DNA of 64,000 nucleotides from IMG/VR virus record IMGVR_UViG_3300035187_001477; one strand, written 5' to 3'. The stretch comes from an uncultured virus (IMG/VR IMGVR_UViG_3300035187_001477) (taxonomy: Duplodnaviria > Heunggongvirae > Uroviricota > Caudoviricetes > Crassvirales). Shown piece after piece: positions 9,722 to 20,888 of the stretch (position 1 is its first letter; every line of letters starts with the position of its first letter). The notes beneath the pieces are model-generated. The model had not been told where the DNA came from and did no database searches. It saw nothing but the letters and a program-made list of their open reading frames with translations. A program made the translations under genes and the position numbers.

Positions 9722-12700
9722 TTGTTTTGTTTTTTAATTGTTGTTCTAAATATAAAATTTTTGCTTTGATTTCTTCTATTGAATCCTCAAGATATGCAAT
9801 TTTCATTGTATGCACTTGAGTGTACGAAAGGTTTAAATATCCATTCAATTCTTTTGCTATTGCTGTAGGTAGAATCTCTTCAAAATCTTGGGCATAGTAA
9901 CCAACTTCAGTTACGCCATTCTTTTTGTAAAGCTTAGGCTTAATAAGCTCAATCCCTGAAACACTATAGTCGTCTTCAACAAGTTCCTTTAATCTTTTAT
10001 CTGATGTTTCAAAGAAAGCTGCTGCGTACATATTATTGTATGCTCTCGTATGGTTGTCTCCTTCAGCAATAGAAAAAACTTTTGAACCTGCATAAGGTGC
10101 ATTGTTATAAAACCTTGTTCCTCCATAAGAAGAAGAGGCTCCTATTTTTAATCCGGTATGCCATCCAATAATAAGTTTTGTATAGTTGCCATTAATGTTT
10201 TCAAGCTTGGTATATATTCTATATGCTCCTTCGTTAGCTTCGTTTCCACCAAATGTTAAACCTGAAAGAAACTCTGTTAAATATGGAGTTGCGGTTTCAG
10301 GCCCAAGATTTACCCTTTCTCTCCAATTAAATGTTCCATTTGCATACCATACACCATCTTGATTCCAACTACCACCATTTGAAGCTCTTCTATAAAAGTT
10401 CATATTCTCAGAAGAAGTGTGCATCATGTACCACCAAGTTTGGTTTGATGGTTGCCATCCTACAGTACAAGCAGTTCCTTTTAAGTTTATACCTCCACCC
10501 CAATCAGAAGAACTATTATCGTACCAATTCTGCTGAGTTTGTAATCTCTGAATGTTAGATAAACTATTCAAGTCAGCATAGAAAGAAGTGTTCTTTGAAT
10601 CGTAGAATATTGGAGCACGAACATCACTTTCTGATTCTATAAATCCATCGCATTTAGTTTCACTCCATCCTTTAAACCACTTGCCTAAACTACTCACACT
10701 ATTTGTTGTTGTAGGAGTATAGGTTACGTTTCCACTAAATGTAACATAGTTACCACCTGCAGCGTTATCAAAATTTAATGTCCATCCACCCTCAACATCA
10801 AGCCATCTATATGCTTGACCTCCACGAAGCCATACAATAAGTTGGCTTGTTTGGTTCTGCTGAGTAAATTCAGCAAGCATAGGAATGGTATAAGCATTTT
10901 GTTCCAACTGAACATACGATGCTCCATATCCCCAACCATCAGCTTTTGCTCTAATTCTACAATGGAATGTTCCGAATCCTGTTGAAGAATACCCCGGCTC
11001 ATCATAACCACCTCTTTCAATTTGAAGAACAGATATACCTTGTTCACTTGTAGCACTTGAACCTATTTGAAAAGCAACAGGATAAAAAGTACTTGTATTG
11101 CCTCCAACTACAAAAGTCCCTCTTTGTCTTCCAACAACAGTACCTGCAGAAGAAGCAGAAGAAGCAGAAGAAGCAGAGCCTGTAATACTAATACCCCAAG
11201 TGCCACTTGCTCCCCCACCTGTTAAGGTTGGAGAATAGCTGTTGTAGTTTGAAGAATGCAATAATGTTGCTCTCCAAGATATAATGTTGCCATATCCCCC
11301 ACCTATTTGAGCATTAGCAGTAATATAATCTGTAGCAATAAACCCTTGCGTATCAGAATCTCCTGACCAAGCAATCATTGTACCATACAAATTCATTCCT
11401 GATAAGGCAGAAGGGACATTGTTCCATCTTGCTGCAGACAAAGCAGCACCGTTAGCACTTGTTCCAAAAACAGTAGACCTGAAGTTAGTTGTAGTTAATC
11501 CATCAATAAATGCAGTTGGGGTTAATCTATTAGTCATCAAGCCTGTAATATTCGTAATGCTTGATACTGTAGCAGAATTGCCCGTAATATTAATCCCCCA
11601 TGTGCCACTCGCTCCACCACCGGTTAAAGTAGGAGCGTATGAGTTGTAGTTACCTGCGTGTAACACCTGATTGCCGTCTTGTTGTAAAGCAACTTGAGAG
11701 TTAACTGCAGAACTACTAAACCTAATCCATGTATTATTATAGTCTATTCCTATAAAAGAATAAGACAAAGAGCTACCACCACCACCATAGCCTCCAAAAG
11801 CAGCTAAAGTAGTATTAGCTGAATCTGTTATAACATGAGTGTTTCTTGCCCATCCACCCCATGATGTAGATGTTCTAAATGTAAAACCTTGACCTGCTTG
11901 ATCTATATAAATAGTAGAACCTGTACTATTTCCCCTTCCTGTAACCGTTGACAATGTTTCAGATGCGGCAGTTCCTGTTACATTTATTGACCATGTCCCC
12001 GAAGCGCCTCCTCCTGTTAAAGTTGGAGAATAGGAGTTGTAGTTATTGGTTGTCAATATTGTAACCCAAGAATACGGATTAGCCCCATCCCATCCTCTAA
12101 AGAGTAAATCATTACTTCCAAACCCATTTGCTAATTGAAAACCATATTGGTTAACAGAGTTTCCGTGTCTAAGCGATATATAACTATGCCATCCACCCCC
12201 CGGGGCTCCGGTACCTCCGGGCTGATCATAATATTGAAGTTTACCGGGAGGTCTATCTGTGTTTAAATTAGATACAGATGTAGCATTTAATTCATTAGCA
12301 GATGCAGAACTTCCTGTTATATTAATTGACCATGTTCCTGAAGCACCACCACCTGTCAGTGTTGGAGAATAGTTATTGTAGTTAGATGAAGAAAGCATTG
12401 TTAGCCAAGTTCCCCAACTACCATTATATCCTTGCCTAAAATAAAGCACTCCACTACCCGAAGACCCATAGGTCCCTTGAATCTGCCACATTGTATCACC
12501 ACCACCAAGATGTAATAAAGGGGCATACGCTACTGCAGCACCTAATCCATTTTCGTTTCTGTATACAGCAGTATTTGGGTTATTTACATTTACTGTACCA
12601 TTACCTAATCCTGTAAGAAGAAGTGTGCCTGTCGATCCTGAAGAACCTGTTACGTTGATACCCCAAGTTCCACTTGCACCACCACCGGTCAAAGTTGGTG

Positions 12701-14381
12701 CGTATGAATTATAGTTTCCTGATCCAATAATAGTACCTACTCCTGCCCCAAGAACAGGAGTCCCTGCGTTCATATTAAACTTCAACTCATTGGATGAATC
12801 GTGATATATTCCTACGTGAGAAAATCCATTTCTATGTAATGCTATACCTGCAGTCCCGGAAGTCGCACGAACCTCTAATTGTAGACCCGTGTAGTAATTT
12901 GCAGGAGCAGCTATATTTCTGTCTACTGTAAGGTTTGGCGTAGTACTCGACCCTCCTGTCATATACACAGGTCCCGTTACTGTTCCACCTGACAACGCAA
13001 GATATGGTCCACCTGTAACAAATCCTTGAGAGTTTACCCAAGATTGTGTGGCAACTGCTGCGCTATTTATAGTAAGAGCAGTAAAGTTTGTTTGAGATGT
13101 AGTAGCTGAATTACCTGAAGTATTATCAGATACTCTTGCACTATCTACACGAACCCCATAAGTTTGAGACCCATTCCAACCCATCAATGTTGGATAAGTT
13201 CCTGTCCAAGCATTTTGAGCATTTGTATTACTGATTGAAACTCCGCTTGGAGAAGTACTTGCAGAAGCGTCAAATATAACGTGGTTGCCTCCATAATTTT
13301 TCCAACCCAACATTCCAATGACATAATTCAAAACAGTACCATCATTCCAATTTGTCACTCCTCTTATGGGAACAGCATAAGACCCAAAGTTGCTACTGTC
13401 TAAGATAGTTCTCCAAGTTGACCCTGCGTAAGTACTTCCAACTGATTTCCTCCAATAAAAGTCTCCATTATATGTAGCCCAAAACTGAACAGAAATATCA
13501 CTGTTCCATATTCCAAATAGGGTTCCATATAAATCCCCTGCAGGTCCATTAGTATATCCTGCTCCTATGTTGTATATTCCCGAAGTAGATGCAAGTCCAA
13601 GAGTGTTTAAGTCTGCTTGAAATCTTGAAGTTACTCCATTGAAGTTAAGTCCATTAAACTGAGTGGCACTTCCTGTAATGTTTATTCCCCACGTACCACT
13701 TGCTCCACCGCCTGTTAATGTTGGAGAGTATAAATTGTAGTTGCTTGTAGTTATGATACCTGTTACAGCACCGGTACTCCCATTTATAGAAAGTACCCCT
13801 GTATTTGTAACAGTAACCGCACCGGTAGTTGAGTTAACAGATATGCCTGTCCCGGCATTAACTGAAGTGACAGGAGCTGTATCATAGTCAGTCCAAGATG
13901 CTGTAAGCGTACTTCCATCTTGCTGAGTAAGAGTAAGAGTTTTGGTAGTTGTCCCTGTTACTGAAGCTGCAGTTAAACTTCTACTGTAAGCAATATTCCA
14001 AACACCTTGTGTCGAATTTGACGGAAGTGAATAACCTGCAGCAAAAGTAAGTGCTAACGTACCGCTTGAAGTAATTGGTCTACCTGATATTGCAAAACCG
14101 GTAGGAACAGTCATATCAACAGATGTAACTGTACCTACGCTCCACGATCTATTAGCTGATAAGTCTTGAGCAGTACCATTAATGGTAATTGTTCTAATTG
14201 CAGGCACGGCATCAGTGATGCCATACCCACTAAGAGTGGTCGGTGTACTTGAAATCTTTGACCAAGACAGCCCGGTTATCCACGCAGGATTATTATACGA
14301 ACCGGTTGTGACAACTACGTTAATGTCGTCTATACCACTGTCTGCCAATATGTTGTTTACTATCGTTGCTAAATTCGACAT
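9708..14381 (-). CDS. Tail fibre with C-terminal intramolecular chaperone (peptidase S74-like)
   Basis: Gly/Ser/Thr-rich; six NYNxYxPTLTGGGASGTWxIxxTG repeats; C-terminal TSDKRLKE...GYYAQD...coiled coil. Confidence 0.85.
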   Translation of the reverse strand: MSNLATIVNNILADSGIDDINVVVTTGSYNNPAWITGLSWSKISSTPTTLSGYGITDAVPAIRTITINGTAQDLSANRSWSVGTVTSVDMTVPTGFAISGRPITSSGTLALTFAAGYSLPSNSTQGVWNIAYSRSLTAASVTGTTTKTLTLTQQDGSTLTASWTDYDTAPVTSVNAGTGISVNSTTGAVTVTNTGVLSINGSTGAVTGIITTSNYNLYSPTLTGGGASGTWGINITGSATQFNGLNFNGVTSRFQADLNTLGLASTSGIYNIGAGYTNGPAGDLYGTLFGIWNSDISVQFWATYNGDFYWRKSVGSTYAGSTWRTILDSSNFGSYAVPIRGVTNWNDGTVLNYVIGMLGWKNYGGNHVIFDASASTSPSGVSISNTNAQNAWTGTYPTLMGWNGSQTYGVRVDSARVSDNTSGNSATTSQTNFTALTINSAAVATQSWVNSQGFVTGGPYLALSGGTVTGPVYMTGGSSTTPNLTVDRNIAAPANYYTGLQLEVRATSGTAGIALHRNGFSHVGIYHDSSNELKFNMNAGTPVLGAGVGTIIGSGNYNSYAPTLTGGGASGTWGINVTGSSGSTGTLLLTGLGNGTVNVNNPNTAVYRNENGLGAAVAYAPLLHLGGGDTMWQIQGTYGSSGSGVLYFRQGYNGSWGTWLTMLSSSNYNNYSPTLTGGGASGTWSINITGSSASANELNATSVSNLNTDRPPGKLQYYDQPGGTGAPGGGWHSYISLRHGNSVNQYGFQLANGFGSNDLLFRGWDGANPYSWVTILTTNNYNSYSPTLTGGGASGTWSINVTGTAASETLSTVTGRGNSTGSTIYIDQAGQGFTFRTSTSWGGWARNTHVITDSANTTLAAFGGYGGGGSSLSYSFIGIDYNNTWIRFSSSAVNSQVALQQDGNQVLHAGNYNSYAPTLTGGGASGTWGINITGNSATVSSITNITGLMTNRLTPTAFIDGLTTTNFRSTVFGTSANGAALSAARWNNVPSALSGMNLYGTMIAWSGDSDTQGFIATDYITANAQIGGGYGNIISWRATLLHSSNYNSYSPTLTGGGASGTWGISITGSASSASSASSAGTVVGRQRGTFVVGGNTSTFYPVAFQIGSSATSEQGISVLQIERGGYDEPGYSSTGFGTFHCRIRAKADGWGYGASYVQLEQNAYTIPMLAEFTQQNQTSQLIVWLRGGQAYRWLDVEGGWTLNFDNAAGGNYVTFSGNVTYTPTTTNSVSSLGKWFKGWSETKCDGFIESESDVRAPIFYDSKNTSFYADLNSLSNIQRLQTQQNWYDNSSSDWGGGINLKGTACTVGWQPSNQTWWYMMHTSSENMNFYRRASNGGSWNQDGVWYANGTFNWRERVNLGPETATPYLTEFLSGLTFGGNEANEGAYRIYTKLENINGNYTKLIIGWHTGLKIGASSSYGGTRFYNNAPYAGSKVFSIAEGDNHTRAYNNMYAAAFFETSDKRLKELVEDDYSVSGIELIKPKLYKKNGVTEVGYYAQDFEEILPTAIAKELNGYLNLSYTQVHTMKIAYLEDSIEEIKAKILYLEQQLKNKTNENN

Positions 14382-14384
14382 ATC

Positions 14385-17300
14385 TTATACCATTGTTAGT
14401 GACCGCCAAGTTCCGTTAGCGTAAATATACAAACCAATTACCGCATCTGTTTGGAAAACTACTAAGCCTTCAGCAGGAGTAGAGATAGCTGTACGCTGTG
14501 CTGATGTCATCCGTGGAGGCAAGAAGCCCTTAGTCGTACTATCCAATTGGAACAACGCTGAAGCATTAATGCTTGTTGTTCCCATTGCCAAAGCCGACCC
14601 GTTGTCATAAAGCAAGCTATTGCCTATCGCACTTGTACCTGTAAACTTTGACAAGTATCCTGCTGTTCCGGTTCCGGTTACAGGGTTTGTAAGTACTGAC
14701 TGATAAACAGGAATATTAAGAGTAGCTCCCACCAAGGTAGCAGCACCTGAAGTACCTGAAGTAGTCAATGTAAGTGCGTTCTGCTTATTATTGAAAGTAG
14801 TCCAATCGGTAGAACTCAAGTATCCGCTTGCGGAACCGCTTGCCTGAGTAATACCCACTGTACCTGATCCTGTAATTGTGCCACCCGTAAGAGGACCCGT
14901 AAATGTTATTGAAGTAACAGTACCTACTGACCAAGTCCTGTTTACAGACAAGTCATAGCTTGTGCCGTTAATAGTCAGCGTTCTTGAGTCGGGTACACCG
15001 CCAAGCCCCGATAAAGTATAGCTTGGTATATTAAGTGTAGCACCAACTAAAGTCGCTGAGCCATTATTACCTGTAGTAGTAAGGGTAATGGCATTTTGCT
15101 TATTATTAAATGTATTCCAATCGGTTGAACTAAGGTATCCATTTGTAGAAATTGTAGCTTGAGTAATTCCAATTGTGCCGCTACCTGTAATGGTTCCACC
15201 TGTGATAGGACCTGATGTCGCAATGCTTGTTACAGTACCTACAGACCACGTGCGATTCGCACTTAGATCATAAGCCGTACCGTTTATAGTAAGCAAACGA
15301 GTGTCAGGGACACCGCCAAGTCCTGCAATACTATACTGAGGAATATTAAGAACTCCTGTAAGATTGCTATAAGTAGCTGCTCCACTATTTCCTGTTGTTG
15401 TCAAACTAATAGCAGCACGAGCTCTTGAATCCAAGTAGTACAAGTTTGTACCCTCAGAAATATTTGTGGTTGTTAAAGTAACAGCACCGGTAAATCCGTT
15501 TACCGAAGTAACAGAGTCGGTGTTATCCACTTTCTGCCAAGCAGTACCATCAAACACAATCCAATCCCCTACTTGCCATCCTGATACACCATCAATTGTA
15601 GTATTACCGGCTACGTTTACAATGTAGAAGTACCCTTCAGTACCAACGCCTGATGTGATGGTTGGACTATTTGTATTAGCGTTCCAAGTACCTTGATACT
15701 GAAGACCGCCAACTAATGAGTTGATTTGCCCTTGCAACTTACCGAAAGCGGTAAGGATGCTATCTGTTGCAGCTATTGTAGTTCCTGTAACAGTAAGACC
15801 TGTAAGAACCTTACCTATAACAGCAGAGTTACTGAGCGTGACACTTGCTGCGCCCGGACCACTTGCTGTAGCTTCACCTGTAAGTGAAGTAATATAACTA
15901 CCCTGAGCCTGATATATTGGTATGTTCAGCACATTTGAAGTCAGCGTAGCTGCTCCACTTGTACCGGTTGTTGTAAGAGATGTAATTCTATTATCGTATG
16001 CAGTATCCCAATTTGCTTGCTTAGCATTTGTTGGAAGGCTGTACCCTGATGCAAATGTGAGAGCAAGTGTTCCATTGGTAGTAATCGGATTACCTCCAAT
16101 TGCAAAACCTGTAGGCACACTCATATTAACAGAGGTAACTGTACCAACACTCCAAGTGCGATCAGCACTCAAGTCGTAAGCAGTACCGTTAATAGTAAGT
16201 GTTCTGCTCTGAGGAGTATATGCTGTAGTATCTACTACAAGTGTACCATTTGAAGATGATGTCCTTAAAATGCCATTGGTAGTATAACCAATAAACTGAA
16301 TACTTAGATCAGAATTAAACGAAGCAGTATAGTTACCACCATTAACCTCAATCATTACCTTACCACCTACGTTGTAGTTAGCAAGAGTAAGTCTGCTCTC
16401 TCCTGTATTATAGTATAACGCTCCACTTCCTGCACCCATTGCGGTCAGATAAACAGATGGCGTTGTTATACTGCTTGTAAATGTTTTTGCTCCTCCAATG
16501 GTCTGAGCTCCTGTAGACAAAAATCCACGAGCAGAGCCTGACGCATCAGGGATATTGAATGTATGTACAGTTCCTGCACTTACAATATTGAAGTCTGTAC
16601 CGGTTGTGCCGGTAGCAAAAGTTTGGTTTGAAGAAAGCGCAAGACCATTCAGTGTTCTTGTAAGGGGTACGTATCGTCCATCAAGGTCGATGCTTGCAAG
16701 ACCGGTAACGTGACCAAATGTATCAAGCGTTACGTCTTGAATAACTATACCTCCGCTATTGTCAACACTTGCTTGAGAAGACGTATCAGCGTGGCTTATT
16801 GTACCCGATACAGTAATTGTGCCACCATCAAGACCTGCTCCTGCAGTTATTGAAGTGACAGTACCAACTGACCAAGTGCGGTTTGCACTCAGGTCATACG
16901 TAGTACCATTAATGGTAAGAGTTGTAGCCTGATTAGCCGGAGTATATCCAAGAAGTGTAGCAATAGTAGCACTCTTCCAAAGATTTGTAGTTGTATCACG
17001 GTAAAGCACTCCGTTGTTTATGTATGGAGTTGGAGCTACATCGTGGAGCTCCTCGAGCTCATAACCATTATCAATCTTAACATATATCTTACCATTATTA
17101 GCGTGAGCATACTCTACGTACCCAACAATTACAGTATGCTGAGGTGCTGTTGGTTTAATATTAGTAATAGCACCTGCAGTAGTTGGACTTAAATAAAGTA
17201 CATCACCATCACTCCAAGTTTCACCTTGAAGATTACCCGTTGTATTTACATTGATAATCTGACCAATGTTTACAATAAACCCTTCCTGATTGGTTGATAT

Positions 17301-20300
17301 GTCTTCACATACTAATCCAAGTGTAGATGCACTATTAGGGTCATTGTTAGCCTGAGCTAATGCAACAGCAAGTCTTTGCCCCTGCGCACCTGCAACCCTT
17401 ACAGCTTGATAAGCTGTTCTTGATAGATTACCTCCTGTGCTATTACGGACTCTTGCCACAATAGTCTCTCCAATTGGAAGATTGTAGGTGTTGCCCTTAA
17501 GAGAAAGACGAATAGTTCCTTCGGTATTATCCCACCACATAACTCCTTCAGCAGAAGGAATATTACTGCTCGATGGATTGAATCTAACAAAGTCAGTAAT
17601 CAATCCATACGTTCCGAGGTTAACATCTTGCGTTGCGCCTGTGTACGGAACATATCCCGTAAGTACAGAACCGTAGTCAGGAATGTTCAATACCCCCGTT
17701 AAGGTGGTATATGTTGCAGGTCCTGATGTTCCTATAGTAGTAAGACTGATAGCTGCACGAGCTCTCGAATCTAAGTAGTATAAATTAGTGCCCTCAGTAA
17801 CAAGGGTCGTTGAATAATCACCTGACTGAGCTATAACAGCCCCTGTTCTTCCGAACACACTTGTCACCGGGGCGGTATCGTAATCACTCCAAGTAGCAGT
17901 GATGGTTCCACCATCCTGCTGATTAAGTGTCAATGTCTTTGTTTGTACCCCTGTAACTGCAGCGGATACAATCATATTGTTGTAAGCAGAGTCCCAAGTC
18001 AACTGACTTGCATCTGTCGGAATAGAATAACCTGAAGTCAAACTAAATACACCTGTTAGAGTAGTATAAGTTAAACCTGTTGCAGATGAACTTATAGCAG
18101 CCCTTGCTCTTGAATCTAAATAATAAAGATTGGTCCCTTCTGTTACAAGAGTTGTACTATAGTCTCCGCTTTGAGCAATAATAGCCCCTGTTCTACCGAA
18201 TACGGAAGTAACAGGTGCTGTATCAAAGTCGCTCCAAGATGCAGTAATAGTACCGCCATCCTGCTGAGTAAGTGTTAAAGTCTTTGTTTGTACACCGGTT
18301 ACGGCAGCAGATACAATTGAATCATTATATGCCGTAGTCCAAGTAGCCTGAGTTGCGTTTGTAGGTAACGAATAGCCTGCAGCAAATGTCAAAGCAAGCG
18401 TGCCTGTTGTAGTTATGGGATTGCCTCCTATTGCAAAACCTGCAGGCACACTCATATCTACTGAAGTTACTGTACCTACTGACCAAGTACGGTTAGCGGA
18501 CAAATCGTAGGAGGTTCCGTTGATAGTTAATTCGCGTGTTATAGGAACGCCATCAATATCATCGAGCACCTCACTACCTGTCCTGTACTCAATAACCCCA
18601 TTATTTGAAACGATGAATTTATCTGTGTCGACTGTTGCATTACCAATTGCATCTACAAATAAATCTCCATAAACCTGAAGCTTTATGCCATTACTTACAG
18701 TACTTAACCCTATTACAGTTGATCCATCAGAGAATATTCTTGATACTTGTACACCTGATATATATTGAGCTACCTCACCATCACTATAGTCGTGAACAGT
18801 AGACCTTGGAGACCCAAAGTTGTTCATCTGTATGGTGTAGCCATAAGGAGTAAGCCCCGTATTTATGAAAGCTACAGTAGCTCCTGAGTTTGAATTGTAG
18901 TTTACAGATAGTACATCTCCTTGGTACGAGATAGGACTGTCAATAAGAGTGGTAAGCCCACTCCACATTGGTATATTATACGCTGTACCTGTGCCTGTAA
19001 CAGGGTTAGTAAGCGCATCTTGCTTGTCATTAAAGGTATTCCAATCGGTACTCGACAAATAGCCATCTGTTGAGACCCCTGATTGTGTAATACCAATGAC
19101 ATCATTTGAATAAGTTATAGGAGCAGTTGCGCTAAGGTCTGCAAGCTTGGTATTAAACTCGTTCCAATCAGCAGCACTTAGGTAACCATCAGAAGTTGGA
19201 CCTGATTGTGTGATACCGATCGTACCTGAAGTGGTAATTGTGCCTCCTGTAAGTGGTCCTGTGGTAGCAATGCTTGTAATTGTACCTACATTCCACGCTC
19301 TATTCGCAGAAAGGTCATAGGCAATTCCATTAATCGTCAGTGTTGTGCTATCCTCTACCGCATCTGTAATACCATACCCTGATAAAGTAGTAGGAGTATT
19401 GATAATCTTAGACCAATCAAGTGATTCAATCCACGAAGGATTAGAATAAATCTGATCTGTACGCACATCACCTACTGTCCAAGACCTATCTGCACTCAAA
19501 TCATACCCAACACCGTTAATTGTAAGAGTTCTTGTAGCCGGAGGCGCACCAACATCGCTATAAGTAAGCACAACCGCACCTGTATAGCCATTAACACTTA
19601 CAACTGCGTCAGTATTGTCAACCTTACTCCACTCAGCACCATCAAATATTGCCCAATCACCAAGGTTCCACGAGGTGATTCCGTTCAAATTGGTATTACC
19701 CGGTACATTTACCACATAGTATTCGCCCTTTACACCAACAGAACTCTGCAAAAAGGGTGTGTTAGTAGCTGCGTTCCACGTACCCTTGTACATTACGCCA
19801 CCAACTAACGCATTTATTTGGTTTTGAACCTTACCAAAGGCAGTAACGATACTATCAGTTGACACTACAGTACCACCTGTGATGTTCAAACCGTTCAAAA
19901 CCTTAGCAATAACAGCGTCATTGGTAAGTGTAACGGTAGCATTGCCCGGTCCCGAAGCAGTTGCCTCGCCTGAAAGCTGTGTTATGTAGTCTCCCTGTGA
20001 TTGATACACAGGAATATTGAGCACTTTTGCTGAATAGGTAGCCGGACCACCGGTCCCATCAGTAGTAAATGAGTTTATTGTAGGCAAATCCCAAGACCTA
20101 TCAGCAGATAGATCATAGGTTACAGTGTTGATAGTGATGGTTCGTGCAAATGGAACGTAAGATGTACCATCTAAAGAGCCATCAGCCTTCACAAATTCTG
20201 ATGCAAGACCGCCCGGAACAATAAATGCAGCAGCCTCAATGCTATGTGTACCTAAGTTTACATTACCCGTAGCGCCAACATAAGGCACATAGAACTGCCC

Positions 20301-20426
20301 GATGACGTTACCAATCTCACTTAAGGTAAAATTCTTGGTATTATTAAAATTCTCTACGTCTGTACCGATCAATAAATCGTTCAGCGTAGGAGTAGATATT
20401 ATCGGGTATGTACTTATCCGTGCCAT
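14385..20426 (-). CDS. Long repetitive tail fibre protein
   Basis: 2013 aa; eight TINGTxYDLSAxRxW-type repeats and large internal duplications. Confidence 0.8.
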   Translation of the reverse strand: MARISTYPIISTPTLNDLLIGTDVENFNNTKNFTLSEIGNVIGQFYVPYVGATGNVNLGTHSIEAAAFIVPGGLASEFVKADGSLDGTSYVPFARTITINTVTYDLSADRSWDLPTINSFTTDGTGGPATYSAKVLNIPVYQSQGDYITQLSGEATASGPGNATVTLTNDAVIAKVLNGLNITGGTVVSTDSIVTAFGKVQNQINALVGGVMYKGTWNAATNTPFLQSSVGVKGEYYVVNVPGNTNLNGITSWNLGDWAIFDGAEWSKVDNTDAVVSVNGYTGAVVLTYSDVGAPPATRTLTINGVGYDLSADRSWTVGDVRTDQIYSNPSWIESLDWSKIINTPTTLSGYGITDAVEDSTTLTINGIAYDLSANRAWNVGTITSIATTGPLTGGTITTSGTIGITQSGPTSDGYLSAADWNEFNTKLADLSATAPITYSNDVIGITQSGVSTDGYLSSTDWNTFNDKQDALTNPVTGTGTAYNIPMWSGLTTLIDSPISYQGDVLSVNYNSNSGATVAFINTGLTPYGYTIQMNNFGSPRSTVHDYSDGEVAQYISGVQVSRIFSDGSTVIGLSTVSNGIKLQVYGDLFVDAIGNATVDTDKFIVSNNGVIEYRTGSEVLDDIDGVPITRELTINGTSYDLSANRTWSVGTVTSVDMSVPAGFAIGGNPITTTGTLALTFAAGYSLPTNATQATWTTAYNDSIVSAAVTGVQTKTLTLTQQDGGTITASWSDFDTAPVTSVFGRTGAIIAQSGDYSTTLVTEGTNLYYLDSRARAAISSSATGLTYTTLTGVFSLTSGYSIPTDASQLTWDSAYNNMIVSAAVTGVQTKTLTLNQQDGGTITATWSDYDTAPVTSVFGRTGAVIAQSGDYSTTLVTEGTNLYYLDSRARAAISLTTIGTSGPATYTTLTGVLNIPDYGSVLTGYVPYTGATQDVNLGTYGLITDFVRFNPSSSNIPSAEGVMWWDNTEGTIRLSLKGNTYNLPIGETIVARVRNSTGGNLSRTAYQAVRVAGAQGQRLAVALAQANNDPNSASTLGLVCEDISTNQEGFIVNIGQIINVNTTGNLQGETWSDGDVLYLSPTTAGAITNIKPTAPQHTVIVGYVEYAHANNGKIYVKIDNGYELEELHDVAPTPYINNGVLYRDTTTNLWKSATIATLLGYTPANQATTLTINGTTYDLSANRTWSVGTVTSITAGAGLDGGTITVSGTISHADTSSQASVDNSGGIVIQDVTLDTFGHVTGLASIDLDGRYVPLTRTLNGLALSSNQTFATGTTGTDFNIVSAGTVHTFNIPDASGSARGFLSTGAQTIGGAKTFTSSITTPSVYLTAMGAGSGALYYNTGESRLTLANYNVGGKVMIEVNGGNYTASFNSDLSIQFIGYTTNGILRTSSSNGTLVVDTTAYTPQSRTLTINGTAYDLSADRTWSVGTVTSVNMSVPTGFAIGGNPITTNGTLALTFASGYSLPTNAKQANWDTAYDNRITSLTTTGTSGAATLTSNVLNIPIYQAQGSYITSLTGEATASGPGAASVTLSNSAVIGKVLTGLTVTGTTIAATDSILTAFGKLQGQINSLVGGLQYQGTWNANTNSPTITSGVGTEGYFYIVNVAGNTTIDGVSGWQVGDWIVFDGTAWQKVDNTDSVTSVNGFTGAVTLTTTNISEGTNLYYLDSRARAAISLTTTGNSGAATYSNLTGVLNIPQYSIAGLGGVPDTRLLTINGTAYDLSANRTWSVGTVTSIATSGPITGGTITGSGTIGITQATISTNGYLSSTDWNTFNNKQNAITLTTTGNNGSATLVGATLNIPSYTLSGLGGVPDSRTLTINGTSYDLSVNRTWSVGTVTSITFTGPLTGGTITGSGTVGITQASGSASGYLSSTDWTTFNNKQNALTLTTSGTSGAATLVGATLNIPVYQSVLTNPVTGTGTAGYLSKFTGTSAIGNSLLYDNGSALAMGTTSINASALFQLDSTTKGFLPPRMTSAQRTAISTPAEGLVVFQTDAVIGLYIYANGTWRSLTMV

Positions 20427-20884
20427 TAATTAAGATTTTTCTTCACTGCACTACCGAAATAATAACCAAAGATGGAAAGTACAACACCCTCTGCTATCCC
20501 TATCAGATGTATGAATAGCTCTTTATTTTCTTTTGGCACTTCAAGATAGACAATGACGTATACAATGAAAACAAAAACGCCTAACCCAATAAGCCCCGTC
20601 AGGTTAAACATAAAGTCAAACTTACCGGTCTTTGCTACCTCTACCTCACGTAGACGTGCTGACTCACGGTCCTTCACCTCCAATTCATACAACTCCTTCA
20701 TTTGACTGTGAGCCATATCTTTGTCCGCAGGACTCAGCTCAGGAGATTTGTCTATTAGATTCTTTACAACCCCAAGAACACCTGAGTCAGGAAGTAAGTC
20801 ACCAACCTTATCCAAAATATTGGGGGCTTTGGTCTTGAGAAACTGACCAACCTTGGTGTCCTTAAACTTCTTTTTTTCAGGCAT
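20426..20884 (-). CDS. Putative holin
   Basis: Two C-terminal TM segments ending FGYYFGS, adjacent to the endolysin. Confidence 0.6.
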   Translation of the reverse strand: MPEKKKFKDTKVGQFLKTKAPNILDKVGDLLPDSGVLGVVKNLIDKSPELSPADKDMAHSQMKELYELEVKDRESARLREVEVAKTGKFDFMFNLTGLIGLGVFVFIVYVIVYLEVPKENKELFIHLIGIAEGVVLSIFGYYFGSAVKKNLN

Positions 20885-20888
20885 CTCA

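Noticed and set aside
9708..20426. Diversity-generating retroelement or invertible shufflon acting on the fibres
   Set aside because: No reverse transcriptase or recombinase recognised; repeats differ at synonymous sites rather than at adenines and are not inverted
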